A stretch of DNA of 64,000 nucleotides from Bugula neritina. Lineage: Eukaryota; Animalia; Bryozoa. The number at the start of each line of letters is the position of its first letter. Position 1 is the stretch's first letter. The DNA lies in assembly GCA_964035545.1 (NCBI GenBank), contig OZ037770.1, forward strand, positions 868,001-932,000, written 5' to 3'. Position numbers and translations under genes: made by a program. Of the stretch, positions 1 to 13,235 are shown in pieces. A model generated the notes under the pieces. It was not told the origin of the DNA, searched no databases, and saw only the letters and a program-made list of their open reading frames with translations.

Positions 1-246
1 TTATATTTTAAGTAGACACACAAACATATTCTTATTGGTTATTGATGAATTGACAAATAACTTTAAAATCAAACTGAATTTTCTAGAAGAGTTTTGCTTG
101 ATTTAGAACACTTGAGTATGAAATGCTGCACCACACTAACATCAGCTGGTAATTTAATCAATTTTGTTGTTGAGAATGTTAGATTGTTGATTAAGCAATA
201 AAGCCAGAGGAGAAGTTCAGTGTATAAGCGCTGTTGTAGATCATAG

Positions 247-660
247 ATGTCATTTGACACAAACAAATTATTGGAGCAGCTTACAGCTGTAGAATACGCT
301 GCTCAGGGTTTGCTGGAAGAGAGGCAGAGTATTGTAGCTTTAGATAGAACTCGTAATCACACTCGGGAGGCTCGTACAGCGCTGAAACATGTTGTCTCGG
401 GCAGAGAATCCTTGGCAAATCATGGAAGTAAAACCTGGATGTGTTTTGGCAACACTTTTATTAAAATGAAGAATGACACTGCTCTTAAACTTCTGAATGA
501 ATCTCATTTAGAGTTAGATAGAGAAATTGAAAAGAGTAGAAATGGACTCAGGGATAAACTGAATAATGTGAGAGAGTTGGAGGGCAACTCTCATGCTGCT
601 GGTTTTAATCTGAAGGCTCTTTCACCGGATGAACAGAAAGCTTTAAATCGATTATTGTGA
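247..660 (+). CDS. PDRG1: p53 and DNA damage-regulated protein 1 (prefoldin-like subunit), single coding exon, 137 aa
   Basis: ATG-to-TGA ORF with PDRG1 hallmarks: IVALDRTRNHTREA, KTWMCFGNTFIK, LDREIEKSRNGLRDKLNNVRELEG and C-terminal GFNLKALSPDE; typical length. Confidence 0.93.
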   Translation: MSFDTNKLLEQLTAVEYAAQGLLEERQSIVALDRTRNHTREARTALKHVVSGRESLANHGSKTWMCFGNTFIKMKNDTALKLLNESHLELDREIEKSRNGLRDKLNNVRELEGNSHAAGFNLKALSPDEQKALNRLL

Positions 661-2339
661 AATTGATCTCCCAATTTATTCTCACAGAATGAAATGTGCT
701 CCAGCTTGTTATATATTTTTTGTTAGTTGTTAAGCATATTTTATGCTATCAGTATCTAATATATAGTATAATATAACATGTGGTGCAATGCCGATGGTTC
801 AAACCAAATCTACTCTAATAAGCAGACTGTGCTCCAGCTCATTATTCGCATGTGTTTTGTAGGTTGTTAAGTATATTTTATGTTTGCAGCACCCCATGTA
901 TATAATAATATAATATAACTTATAATGTAATAACAACTTTACTATATTAAAAAGTTTTGCTTAAAAATTCACTTTGCATAGAAGACATACAAACTTGTAG
1001 TAGCTGGTTACCAACTCCTTTTTCGTATATTATTGGAATTTGTTATTTTCATTGAGCCTATTGATTTATCATTCAATTGTATAAATTTTAATACTTTAAT
1101 ACTTTGAACACCAACACCTTGAATAGATCACTAAATTTCTTTCATATAAAACAAGTTTCAAACATGCTATAGTTGTTAGCTTTCAAGTGCAACGCAACTC
1201 CAATACAGTGGATATTTTTCATGTGATTATTTTGAGTTTGCTTTTTGGCATAAGCATAAAATATACAGTGTAACTAATATGTAATAAAATAAGAGTTGGT
1301 ATAATGTCTGTACTTTCAATAGCGAGTGTAGCTTCTTCACATGTGCTAATTTTTCAACGGTGCAGCAATCAACGAGTTTGAAATAAACACTATGACTATC
1401 TTGAAAGCCAGTTCAGCATTATATATAAATTATTCAACTGTTGGAGGATTTTCAAATCTAGCTGACCTGCGGGCACTTTTTCACAGCAAAGGTAATTTAT
1501 ATCATCTACATCAGTTGGTATCATTTAACTTCCAAAATGTCTTCATCTAAAAAAATTTATATTGTAACACTAAAATGTTTTCTTTGGTTATTGCAAAAAA
1601 ATGTTTCGAAAATTTTCAGAAATATTATCGGTGAATTATAACTTTAATATCAAGAAAAGAATTAAGCATAGATAAAATAAAATTACAAAATTGAATGCGT
1701 TTTCATAACAACATAGAAAACACAAACTTGGAACTGACTTCCTAAATGCAAAAAATATAAGGATTACAAACAGTTTTATTTAAACATGAAGCCATACTAA
1801 AAGTAAAATGTGGAGAATATAAGGATATACAGCTATTTGTATTATGTTGTGTTACTCTATAACATTGTATATGTGAAATAAAAGTGTAACGCAACTCAAA
1901 GCAAGACAAAATAAAGTCACGGTGCTCCCCCCACTCTTGGAGTTCAAAGAAAATTCTATGCAGGGACTATTTTGACCTAACTTTTAAAAGGATCAAGTTT
2001 AACTTAGAAAAAGTAAAATCGTTTTAATAATGGATCAGCACACTTCCTGTACTGATGTAAGTGGAGACAACACTGTCCTAAGAGTTGACATATATTAGCC
2101 CGAGTATCTTTACAGTAGCCAGTGGGTGAATGTTTGAGAGCGAGTAGTAGGAGACCCTTAGCGTGTTTGTAGTCTGATGATGAGATTAGAGTCTGAAAGA
2201 GATTAACTAACACGGTTGTATATAGAGGGAGATGAACAGTATTACATCTATCTCTTTCTATATGATATAGTAGTGCAAGAATGAGGTGTATTCTAAGAAA
2301 ACTGAGGCTCTACTGTGATAACTACTAGCATTGTTCGCA

Positions 2340-4040
2340 TCACTGCCATACACATTTACCCATTTCTAGCCCTTTCCTATAGTACTCCAGTGCCTTGCTA
2401 TATTCACCCATGTAATAATAGATCTTACCAAAGTTGGTGTAACTACTAGCAATGTCTGCAGGAACGGCATTACAGCCGTAGAGAGTTATTCTCATCTCCA
2501 GACCTTTCCTACAGTACTCTAGCGCCTTGCTATATTCACCCATGTTACTATATACAGTACCAACATTGTTATAACCACTAGCAATGTGTGCATGCACTGC
2601 ATCACTGCCATAGACAGCTAGTTGCATCTCTAGACCCTTCATGCAGTACTCCAGTGCCTTGCTATATTCACCCATGTTAGTATACACATTACCAATATTG
2701 CGATATGTAATAGCACTGTCTTCGTGCACTGCATCACTGCCATAGACAGCTATCTTCATATCTAGACTCTTCCTATAGTACTCTAGTGCCTTGCTATATT
2801 CACCCATGTTACTATACACATTACCAATATTGCTATAACTTCTAGCAATGTCTGCATGCACTGCATCACTACCATAGACAGCTAGTTGCATCTCTAGACC
2901 CTTCATGCAGTACTCTAGTGCCTTGCTATATTCACCCATGTTAATATACACATTACCAATACTAGTATAACTATTAGCAATGTCTGCATGTACTGCATCA
3001 CTGCCATAGACAGCTTGTCGCATTTCTAGACTCTTCCTATGGTACTGTAGTGCCTTACTATATTCACCCATTTCACAATACACATTACCAATATTGTTAT
3101 AGCCACCAGCAATGGTTGCATGCACTGCATCACTGCCATAGACAGCTAACTGCATCTCTAGACTTTTCTTATAGTACAATAGGGCTTTGCTATATTCATT
3201 CATTCCATGATACACATTACCGACATTGGTATAACTACTAGCAATGTCTGCATGCACTGCGTCACTGCCATAGACTGCTAGCTGGATTTCTAGACCCTTC
3301 CTACAGTACTCTAATGCCTTGCTATATTCACCCATGTTAGTATGCACACTACCAATACTAGTATAACTACTAGCAATGTCTGCATGCACTGCATCACTGC
3401 CATAAACAGCTAGCTGCATCTCTAAACCTTTCCTATAGTACTCCAGTGCCTTGCTATATTCACCCATGTTAGTATGCACATTACCAATACTAGTATAATT
3501 ACCAGCAATGTGTCTATGCACTGCATCACTGCCATAAACAGCTAGCTGCATTTCTAGACCTTTCTTATAGTACTCCAGTGCCTTGCTATATTCACCGGTG
3601 TTAGTATACACATTACCAATATTGCGATATCTAATAGCAATGTCTGCATGCACTGCATCACTGTCATAGACAGCTAGCTGTATCTCTAGACCCTTCATAT
3701 AGTACTCTAGTGCCTTGCTATATTCACCCATTTTACTATGCACAATACCAATATTGTTATAACTACTAGCAATGTCTGCATGCACTGCATCAATGCCATA
3801 AACAGCTAGTTGCATCTCTAGACCTTTCCTATAGTACTCTAGTGCCATGCTATATTCACCAATGTTACTATACACATTACCAATACTAGTATAACTACCA
3901 GCCATGGGTCCATGCACCGCATCACTGCCATAGACAGCTCTGAACATCTCACATCCCCTATTGAAATACTGCAAAGCTTGGTCATAGAGACACATATCTC
4001 TATAGACATTACCAACTCTCATGTAACAAGAAGCTACATC
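2340..4040 (-). repeat. Coding tandem array of ~13 x 132-bp units (44-aa TPR)
   Basis: Consensus DIAxxYxxIGxVYxxMGEYSKALEYYRKGLEMQLAVYGSDAVHA, repeated with high DNA identity (e.g. gtgccttgctatattcacc recurring every 132 bp). Confidence 0.95.
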
Positions 4041-7000
4041 AGGACTAACACTGTTCATCTCTCTACTAGCTCTCTCAATATTCAACATCATGGCCTCTGC
4101 ACTCAGTTCTACAGACATTTTTCCCATATCACCATGGAGCTGGGAAAACAATGGAATACTATCAATACTGCTCAGAATTTCTATGTTAATTTCCAATGAC
4201 TTTGTGTAATGTTCTAATGCAACTTCTGTCTGTCCCAATTTACTATAAACTTTACCAAATGCAGAGTTTATGTCTGCCATATCTATGTGGGTGTTCTGAA
4301 CTTCAGACTCTATCATACTGAGAGCTGAATCAAGATATGACAGAGCTGAGTCATATTCACTCTTACAGCAATGAAGAAGACCAATTTCTACTGATAGAGA
4401 ACTTTTTTCATGTGCATTAACTTTTAACCTATCAAACAATCTTTCTACAATTTGATACTTTTCAGTGCATAAACTGTAATCACCCATTTTTGCATGCAGA
4501 TCTGCAATTCTTCGATAACATTGAGCAACATCAACGTGATCCGAACTGTACAAACTTTTTGTCATAGCTAATGCTCTGTTGTAGAACTCTAGAGAGCTTT
4601 CATAATTTTCAGCTTTTTCATTGAGTTGACCTAAACCACTCAGTAGAAGGGCAATGTCTGGGTGGTTAGTCTGGTCAGTGTGAACTTCTGTCAACTTATC
4701 TAAATGATGAGTCAAGTATTCAACACCTCTATCATGCTCACCTTTTTCTGACTGCACTAAAGCAAGAGAAACTATCAAATCCACGTAATGGCTGCCAAAT
4801 TGTTGCCCTGACCTTTGGGAATACAAAATATCAAAAAGTTTTTGTGACTTATTTGCCAACTCTTCAGCTTGCACATAATGTTTTACATTTTCATAAGCTT
4901 TGCTAGTCACCCTTAATGCTTGTGCAATAATTTCAAAAATGTCTCTGTCCTCAGCTGAATGCTGAGTGTTGTTAGCCTGTTCTCTAACAAATCTGCTTAA
5001 AGTCTGATTCCCTTTTAAGTTGTACTTTGATCTAAGGACAGAAAAAACGTCACCAATCAAAGAGAAGACCTCATGGTAATTGTGAAGCTGATTGGCTGAG
5101 TCAGCTGCTAACACTTTCCATTTTAACCTATCAGATGCAGAGTCTACACAGTTGTCTGCTAACCAAATGAAATACTTAAGACAACTATCATACTTTCTAG
5201 TGGAATACAATAAATATGCAGCCATTTCAATGTATTTTGGCACAACAGTTGACGCATTATTGTTTTCAGTCTGAAGTGTTTTGATCAAATCTTGGGCACT
5301 TTTATCAAATACATCTGCACCCCAATTAGCTTTGAAACTTTTAATAGATTGCTCAAAATCTCCACAAAAAAACTCGACCTCCATTTTTAAAGTCAAACCT
5401 GGGTTAGTTATTGCAACTTGGTTCATCAGTTTTTCTAACACAGCAATGCCTGTTCTTTCACTCTGACAATCAACCTTATCTATGTTTCTCTGAACTGATA
5501 TCTTTACGGGAACAAAGAGAAAAGCTAACAGAACAAACATGTCTCTAGATAAATGATAAATTCCTTTAGTCTGGCATTCAGTGGGAGGATATAAAGAGAA
5601 ATGATCTTCTTGAGTTTCTGATTGTAGGTATGCAGTTGTTCTGATGTATATTGCCAGTGCTGTTATCAAATTCAATTTTATCAATTGTTTGTCAGTCACA
5701 ATGTTCTGCTCTTTCAAATGACATGTTATAGACCAAGGAGTCATTTTATCTAAAGCTATCAACAGTCTTAGGTGATCAACTAACAGTGTTGGATATCGAA
5801 AAATATCACTTTTAACTTTGAGTTTTGTATTGTCAGGAGGGCCAAAGAATTTAAAAGTCGGCAAAAAGTTGTACGCAGCAGCATCTGTTTTCAATAACTT
5901 TAGGCGTTTGTTTATTAAAGTTGAGTTATTTGCTTTTTTTGCTAAAGCAGCTTGAAGGTTTTCAAGAGTCTTATCAAACAGTATTTCCCCATTTCCATAT
6001 GCATATATCATGACAATAGAAGATAACAGATCAGCTATATCTGCTATGTCACCAGCTGGTGACGTAAGTGTCTCAGAGTATAGTTCAGTCAACTGTTCTA
6101 CAGTCAAAATCAAACCCCTGCTACCATCTTCTTTCCCTGTGGGAATATTCCCAGCGTTCTTGAATATTCCATCAATACGAAACCCTACAGTAGCACTATC
6201 TGTGTATGATTTGTCTATTTCAGGAATATTAAAACCCTTCAATGGTGACTCTCCCATATTACCAATTCTAAAGTAGCTATCAACTGCTAGTTTAGTAAAG
6301 TAGTTAATATGAGAGTCTGACTCAACAACAAAGGCATACTCTAGGTCAGAATATAGAGTGGCTGTACCACGGGCAACAGAACCAAGACCAATCACAGCAA
6401 ATGAACAGGGAATATTTAGACCTGATGTACTCAAAGTATCAACACTGGACTGTATGAACTTACTACAGGTTGATATAAAGTTATCACTGCATTTCTGACT
6501 TAGTTCAAATACAGAAGTACTAAACTCAGTGAATGCATCTTTTGCTACAGATAAGTTATCAAGTTTCAGATTACTTGTGTCAATAGAGCTGAAGTCAGTT
6601 TTTGTCTCAGTTCTGTAGTCCTCCAGCAACTTGAGTTGTTTCTTTGTCAGTTTCTGATGTTCCTCATAGCTGAGTGGATGTCTTCCTTCATACCAACAGT
6701 CTTCTATTTGGTAGACTCTCCTCTGTCTCTCCTCACTGAACTCTAGAGCCAGGCATCTGTTAGCTAGTCCATGAGCCTAGAAAACAAAATATGATGGAGC
6801 TGCAGTTGAATGCATACAGTTCTCTCTCCAACAGTTAGCATGTGTTGACAGCACACTTTTCATGAGAATTTCATCTACCTCAACGTAATCTAATCAGCCA
6901 AATTATTATTTAATTACCTGGTCGATAAGAATAATAGGATTATAGCAAACTACCTGCAGATGATGCACCCAGTTTCTACTAGATTCAGCCTTCTTTTGGT

Positions 7001-7049
7001 ATTTTGTGGTCAGTTCTTCTAACTTTAATATGTCTTTGTAGTCCTCCAT
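2340..7049 (-). CDS. Nucleotidyltransferase (DUF294/GlnD-like, pol-beta fold) fused to a TPR-repeat solenoid, ~1510 aa
   Basis: Exon 1 7049-6954 (ATG...HHLQ, donor GTAGTT, phase 0); 177-bp intron; exon 2 6776-2340 (acceptor TTTTCTAG, phase 0, in frame with the 1429-aa ORF). NTase signature FAVIGLGSVARGTATLYSDLEYAF (hGS...DxE) at ~6330-6400, then GFRIDG and a helical segment (KVKSDIFRYP...IRTTAYLQSETQED); diverged TPRs in the middle; ~13 highly similar 44-aa TPRs at the C-terminus. The 3' end is uncertain (see findings). Confidence 0.85.
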
Positions 7050-7999
7050 GTTATGATATGAAACACATTGTGCACTATTGAATAAAACATGTATTGACAT
7101 AGGTGAGTTTACATCTAGTGATGGAATGTAATGCTAACTATTACTATCTGTGTTTGCAATGAACGAAAGAGAGTGAATGGTAGACATGTGTGACATTCAG
7201 ATACATTAAACAAATACTAATTTGTATAAGAAGTATATATAAACACTAACCCTATATAGCACTATAACATTTAAATATATTCACTGTCGTCACATCTACA
7301 ATTATTATATTATCTTCAATTTTCTAACTTTGAATGTACCTGGCAAAACTCCAATATAGTATAGATTTGAAACACAATGTTGCTAGTGCTTATGGGGGGG
7401 GGGGGGGGGAGGGCGCGACCACCAATTGTGGTTGGGGTGTGTACTGTCATTCCTGTGTCTGCCAGTCTAGTCAAATCTAAAAGATATCTTAAATTAGAAA
7501 AAGCAATAATTATCCAATTATATATCTATATGTAGGTATAGACTGGATATAGACATAGCTTAGGAAAAAGAGCCTTAAGGAAATGTGGAGTAGATAGGAA
7601 AATTGTTTGCAGAGTTTGTGGATAGATAAACAAGATTTTTTAGTAAAATTTATGTAAAATTTATTTTTTAGAAAAATATTACTAGATAACTATTTTAGAC
7701 ACCCATACTTTTTTACATACCATAGATTTCTTTTTCTTGCACAGTTGTATACCAATTTCGTTATAAAACAGATGTGAGCAGATGCGGAAAATGTTGGTTA
7801 ACTTCTGTATATATTATTCTTTTAGTCTCAAACTACAAAAGTAAAAACATGTCGAAATTAGGCTCACAATAAATGTGGTATATGTGAGGTTACTTGAAAA
7901 ACTAAAGCTACAGTCTACAAGTATAATCTATTGCCCTAATTATAAATTGAGTATAGTCAAAATAAAGGTTGTCAAGAACAATGAATATACTCACCCTAT

Positions 8000-8310
8000 A
8001 TAACCTTGTCTATCACTAGTTATATATACTCTCTATGTTCTTGGACTGAGTCGATTATTTTTTATTCGTCAAGTACAGTAGTTAGTGTATAAGGAGGGGG
8101 TAACTTCTGTCTATTTATCTGAATATTGCAGACAAGATCCTGGCAAAGAAAATATAAACAGGTATATTTATTTGCCTATATAAATGCTTTAAAATAAATC
8201 TTTTTAAATTATACAGTGTTTGCTTAAAGTGTCTATCTATATTGTTTGCTGGTTGTTAAACTGCTTTTTGGTCATCTATAAACACATACACAGACATGCC
8301 CATGTATATA
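8000..8310. repeat. Dispersed repeat family A, copy 1
   Basis: Same-orientation similarity to ~61628-61910 (tgtctatcactag...ggaggggg...tttatctgaat...taaacaggtatatttatttgcctatataaa). Confidence 0.75.
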
Positions 8311-8844
8311 CGAGGGTAGCTCAACTTTGTAGTTTGGCAGTCTTACCATGATGTCTTGGATATTTTACAGAAGAAAGTCAGAACTGGCTATATCTATAGA
8401 TTTTACTAACATTTCAACTAATTTTTTGGACGAACAGATTGATAATAGTATAAATTAGAGTGAAATGCATGGTTAGGCGGCCCAATTAGTTTGGCTCATT
8501 GTGCCCGTGTAGTCAAGTTGAAAATAAATGTGGCTCAAGGGAAAGTTATTTTAGACTTTGCTATTGTACTCGCTAAGCAATGTACAGAAAAGCAACGGCA
8601 ACAATATCAGTAATAACTAGGCTTGTCACTTTTGAGTGTGAAAAGTTATAAAGCTTTAATGAAGTCCTAAAAAATTTACAAAAGGTAAGTAAAAACAGAT
8701 TTTGACTCCCCTCTTTAGCCTATATTATGTTCTACAAGTGCTGAAAATACAATGGATGATTATTTTTGTCATTGCATTTTTATTTAAAATAAATCACAAT
8801 TTTAAGTCAATAAGTTCTTTCACAATTTGACCGGCTTTTTGTGT

Positions 8845-9030
8845 TGTGAGTGTTGAGTTGAAAAAAACAGTTTATATATTTCAATATAACAAACCAGTTA
8901 CCAAGCTATGAGTGCATTGATTATTTGCTATGTAGCCATAAACATTTTTTTTAATTCAGTCACAATAAAATGCATTATATGTGTGACATTTTATATTTCA
9001 ATAGGTTCACTTTGTGTCCAGGGCATAATT
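8845..9030. repeat. Dispersed repeat family B, fragment
   Basis: gtgttgagtt...tataacaaacc...aagctatgagtg...tatatttcaatagg shared with 34565-34720 and 63225-63385. Confidence 0.55.
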
Positions 9031-9530
9031 TCACAGTATCTCGTCCTCAGACATAACACTTATGTACCAATACGAGATACATTACATCATAATTAAATGT
9101 TGTCTATCGGCAAAAATTTTGCAGTAGCCAATCATAGTACTATAACAGGGCAGTCTGAGTGTAGTATCTCGTTTATCGGCATAATTATAATAGCCCGTAG
9201 TTGAAGATGGAGTTGGAAGCTTTTCAAATACCTCCCGCATATAATAGCATTTATGCTAGTCCTTAAAACTAAATAAACATTATGGTAGACCAATAATCAT
9301 GAAAGCTCTACTCATTTGTAACTGGAGGACTTGCAGCACCACAATACTAAATTTCTTGCATTGGAGGTGCTTAGGCTGTGTTGTCATAGTTATATGTACT
9401 TATTGGGGCTTGGTATAAAATTAAACCTGACAATTATAACGATTAAAGTATTATTGCTGTGGTTTCAACTGACCAACTTTGGAGTTATTATCTCGATTCT
9501 TTGTCAGGAATGGTTAGATAATTTCATGCA

Positions 9531-9591
9531 ATAATGAGTTTTGGCTTTATATCATTATAAATAATGAGTTTTGGCTTTATATCATTATAAA
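9531..9591. repeat. Perfect 30-bp tandem duplication
   Basis: ataatgagttttggctttatatcattataa occurs twice in tandem. Confidence 0.9.
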
Positions 9592-12500
9592 TATCTACAT
9601 TGATGGCAGCACTGAGCTAGAATTCTAATATCTTTTCAAGCTCATTGGGTGGCAGCTTATCGGCTAAATTTTATGCAGATATTGAATAATGTGGTTTGAT
9701 AGTTATGCTATATTGTTAGGTTCACAAGCATCTTTAAAAAGTTATAATTATTGCGTTGACCATAGGTCAAAAAAATACCTAAAGAGAGGGCAGACAACTC
9801 CAAAAGATTGTTTTCGCAGAAGCAAGTAAAATTCAGCTAAACTGAATACTCCAACTGATCAACATTTTCATCTATTGAAATTGAAGAAAAGTTAAATATT
9901 ATTATACTATTCTAATCATGAATAGGCACAAGCTAAAAAGATATTTATTTCAAAAAATATAAAAAGTAAAGTAACACAACAATGTTTGCAAACGCAGACC
10001 TAAAAATGTGAATATTCTAGCTTGAAATTAAGTCTGAAATTTAGACTTTTCTAGGTTGAATTGACTTTAATTGACTCACCAGAAAAAACAATTAATAAAA
10101 TTATAAAGACAAGCATATAATGAAAAATGTAGTTCATTAGCAAAACTGGAGGAAAGCACTTTTTTTCTAGAAATTGTTCGATTACATAATACATTTTTGT
10201 GCAAATGATATTTTTTAATGAAATGAAACTGTTGTATTGTTTGGCTAGATGAAGTTTCAAAAGTATTTTTAATATTTTCTCAAATAAAGTAGACATGCAC
10301 TCCATTTTCACATTTTTTGGCAAAACATATGATTGGGATTCAGTAGTCAATCAGTTAAGCTTGACACAAGGAGTTGTCACATCCATCCCAAAGAACAAGA
10401 CCATCTACAATAACAAACATGGAAAGTACTTAAAATTACATTTAAGTTTACAATAATCCTTAAAATATATGTTGCCTTCTGCAAATGCTAAATAAAACAC
10501 GACGTAATGCTATGTTTACTTAGACTAAATCTTGCTGACTTACAATGAAATTCATTCATTTCAATTTGAAAATTCCTGTCAATAACTTGACTCTATGCTA
10601 ACAACTAATTGTAATACCAAAATCACACTGCTACTTTTAGTTTAGGGAATTTATTTTTATTATTAGTTCAATATTCAGCAGAGGTTTTTCTTTAATGAAC
10701 AAACAATAGGCATACATGCAGATGAAAGATTAGGTCTAGTGAATACTAATTTTGTGCCTAACAAAAAAAAATGAAAGACTGCATGAAAAACTAACAACTC
10801 TAAAAAATTGCAATTTGAATGAGGCTCAGGCTTTTAGGTGAGCAAGAGTAACCAGAAGAGCTACTTTAATGGAAGAAATTACTGACTGATTGTGTAGTTG
10901 CAGGCTGCATGATGCGTTTTGATTCTCACAACCACTTTTGAAAAAGGAAAATCCATTAAATTAAGACTACTGGCAAACAACGGAACGATAAGGAAAAAAT
11001 ACCAAGTAGAAATTCACTTCTCAAAGCAAACTGTAGTTAATACATTATAGATGCTTAGAAGAAGCAGGCAATAGTGAATGCTATATAGTGTAGATCAGGA
11101 TTCTATACAATGACAAGTAAACTGAAATTCCAGTGCACTTTGAAACTACTTGTAAGAATGGGCTTAGTGCTTTGTAGTGCCTTGAAATTTTTTCAAGTCT
11201 AATTGGCACCATGCTATTAGAATTCGCAGAGAGATGACCCTTTAAACTTTCACTTTAAACTTTAATACCTTCACGATTTTCAGTAAGAAATTCAATTTAT
11301 CTAGGTCTGAAATTTCACCGAGTTGCATTGCAAGCCGCTGGTCAAAATGTTTAGTTTGTGATAACTTAATCAGCTGATTTCAGAATAACAATCATTGGGA
11401 ATGACATCTTCATGTAGATATAGATATTTATGCTTATAATTATATCGACTGCCTTCATCAATCATCGATACTATGCTGCCAAATCAACTAATTAATTACA
11501 GTTGGAAACTTCAAAGGGCATTGAATAGCAATTAAGCAAGTTATACTTTTAATATTACAAAAAGAACTTATGCATCAATATGATTTAAAATATAGGTGGG
11601 CACTCCGCTAGTGATATTAACTGAAACTGGAACTTTTTTCATGCAGGAAAAGCAAAAACGCATCTCAACAGAAACCCAAAAATTTCCAGCACACTTTATG
11701 CTTTGACAACACGCACACAATAACTTCGTTTATGGTACAAACCTTTTTGTTGATTGTTTTCCAACATTTTCACTAGAGCAAAGCCGAAAGAAATTTGGAA
11801 ACTGCATAATGATGCCAGCCACCGTGGCATCATCTTCTCTGGAAAATTATTGACAAATCATCACCCAAAAACTTCAGCAAAGCCTCCATCAATAGTATGT
11901 AATACTTTAGGTGAAACTAAAAAGAAAGAGACAATATTTTCGTGTAATTTAACCCATCAATAAACGCATCAATAGTTAGTGTGGCCACGGTTTAAACCTC
12001 ATTAATTTCATGCTATTTAAGGCTTTTACAACTTAAAAGATGTAATTCATCTGCAAGAGAAATGTTAGGTATATGAAATGAGTAGAAGTGCAAAAGCGAG
12101 CAGGTATTAAGGAAGGAAGAGTTAGTAGGTGTACTTTGACTTGCGATAAATCAATGTGATACCAGATGTGAATTTTGAGGTGTGTTTACTCCAATCTCAC
12201 TGAAAAGGTAGAAATAGCTAAATTTACGAGACACACAATATTTTATAAAATACTGCACATTCATTAAAACTTTATAAAACTCTAGTGTGAAGGGTGACTC
12301 ACACTTTTAAACCGTCGATGAGCTAAGTTGTAAAAGTTTGATGAGAACCTTTTACTCTATAAATTTATGCAATATAAAATACTCTCCACATATTCAACAG
12401 CTACGAAGTTTTGTTGAAGATAAACTTCCTCAACAAATATACAGAAAAAAGCTATTTGAAAGCCAAATTTCATTAGCATATTATAAGATTATTTGTGTTT

Positions 12501-12964
12501 CATCTTTATAAACAATGATTTAGTCATTTAACGGATAACTAATGATTTCACTTTGTTTTTCATTCAATAAAAACTAAGTGTAGTTGGTATTAAAAACAGC
12601 TTTCATTTCTCACTTTTTTTCTCACCCTAATCTGCGTAGGCAAACAATTGGTTTGTTTCAAACACCACAACAGTAAAGCGTGACAGCATAGCCAGTGGAG
12701 AAAACAATCATCTATACTGCTGGATCAGTGACAACTTGTGAGTGTGTCAGAGTAGTGTCTTGTTGTGTGACTCTACAAATAAATTATGAATTTGAATATA
12801 CTACAAAGTTGCAAACATTGTTTTAACAAAACACAGCATTTATTTGATATTATATGTAAAGCTCAAGTTGGTATAATATATATTAAATAAATTTTAGCTT
12901 TCCTTTTGGATACTCTGAAACAAAATAAAAAAATAAACCAAAATTGGGTAAAGCCATGCAAACT

Positions 12965-13235
12965 AGAGAGAGAAAGGTTAGGAGAGAGGATGGAAGAGAG
13001 ATGGGGTAGAAGAGAGAAAGGGAGAGAGTCAGAGAGATAGTGGAAAAGGGAAGAGAGAAAGGTTAGGAGAGAGAGAAGGTGGGAAAGACGGAGAGTGGGA
13101 GAGAGAGAAGGTGGGAGAGACAGAGGGTGGGAGAGAGGGAGGGTGGGAGAGAGGGAGGGTGGGAGAGAGGGGGAGAAAGAGAGAGAGGTTGAGTGGAAGG
13201 TGTGGGAGAAAGAGACAGAGAGAGGAGTGAGAGAG
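12965..13235. repeat. GA-rich polypurine low-complexity tract
   Basis: Runs of gagag/gggtgggagaga; the overlapping Pro/Leu/Ser-rich ORF is a by-product. Confidence 0.85.

Noticed and set aside
695-890. Duplicated tgtgctccagct..gttgttaag segment downstream of PDRG1
   Set aside because: A diverged ~133-bp local tandem duplication with no evidence of function.
3050-6276. Short plus-strand ORFs inside the NTase-TPR gene
   Set aside because: Antisense shadow ORFs with no independent features.
10050-12000. Short ORFs at 10051-10350 and 11754-11963
   Set aside because: Non-ATG starts, no motifs and no consistent splice structure.
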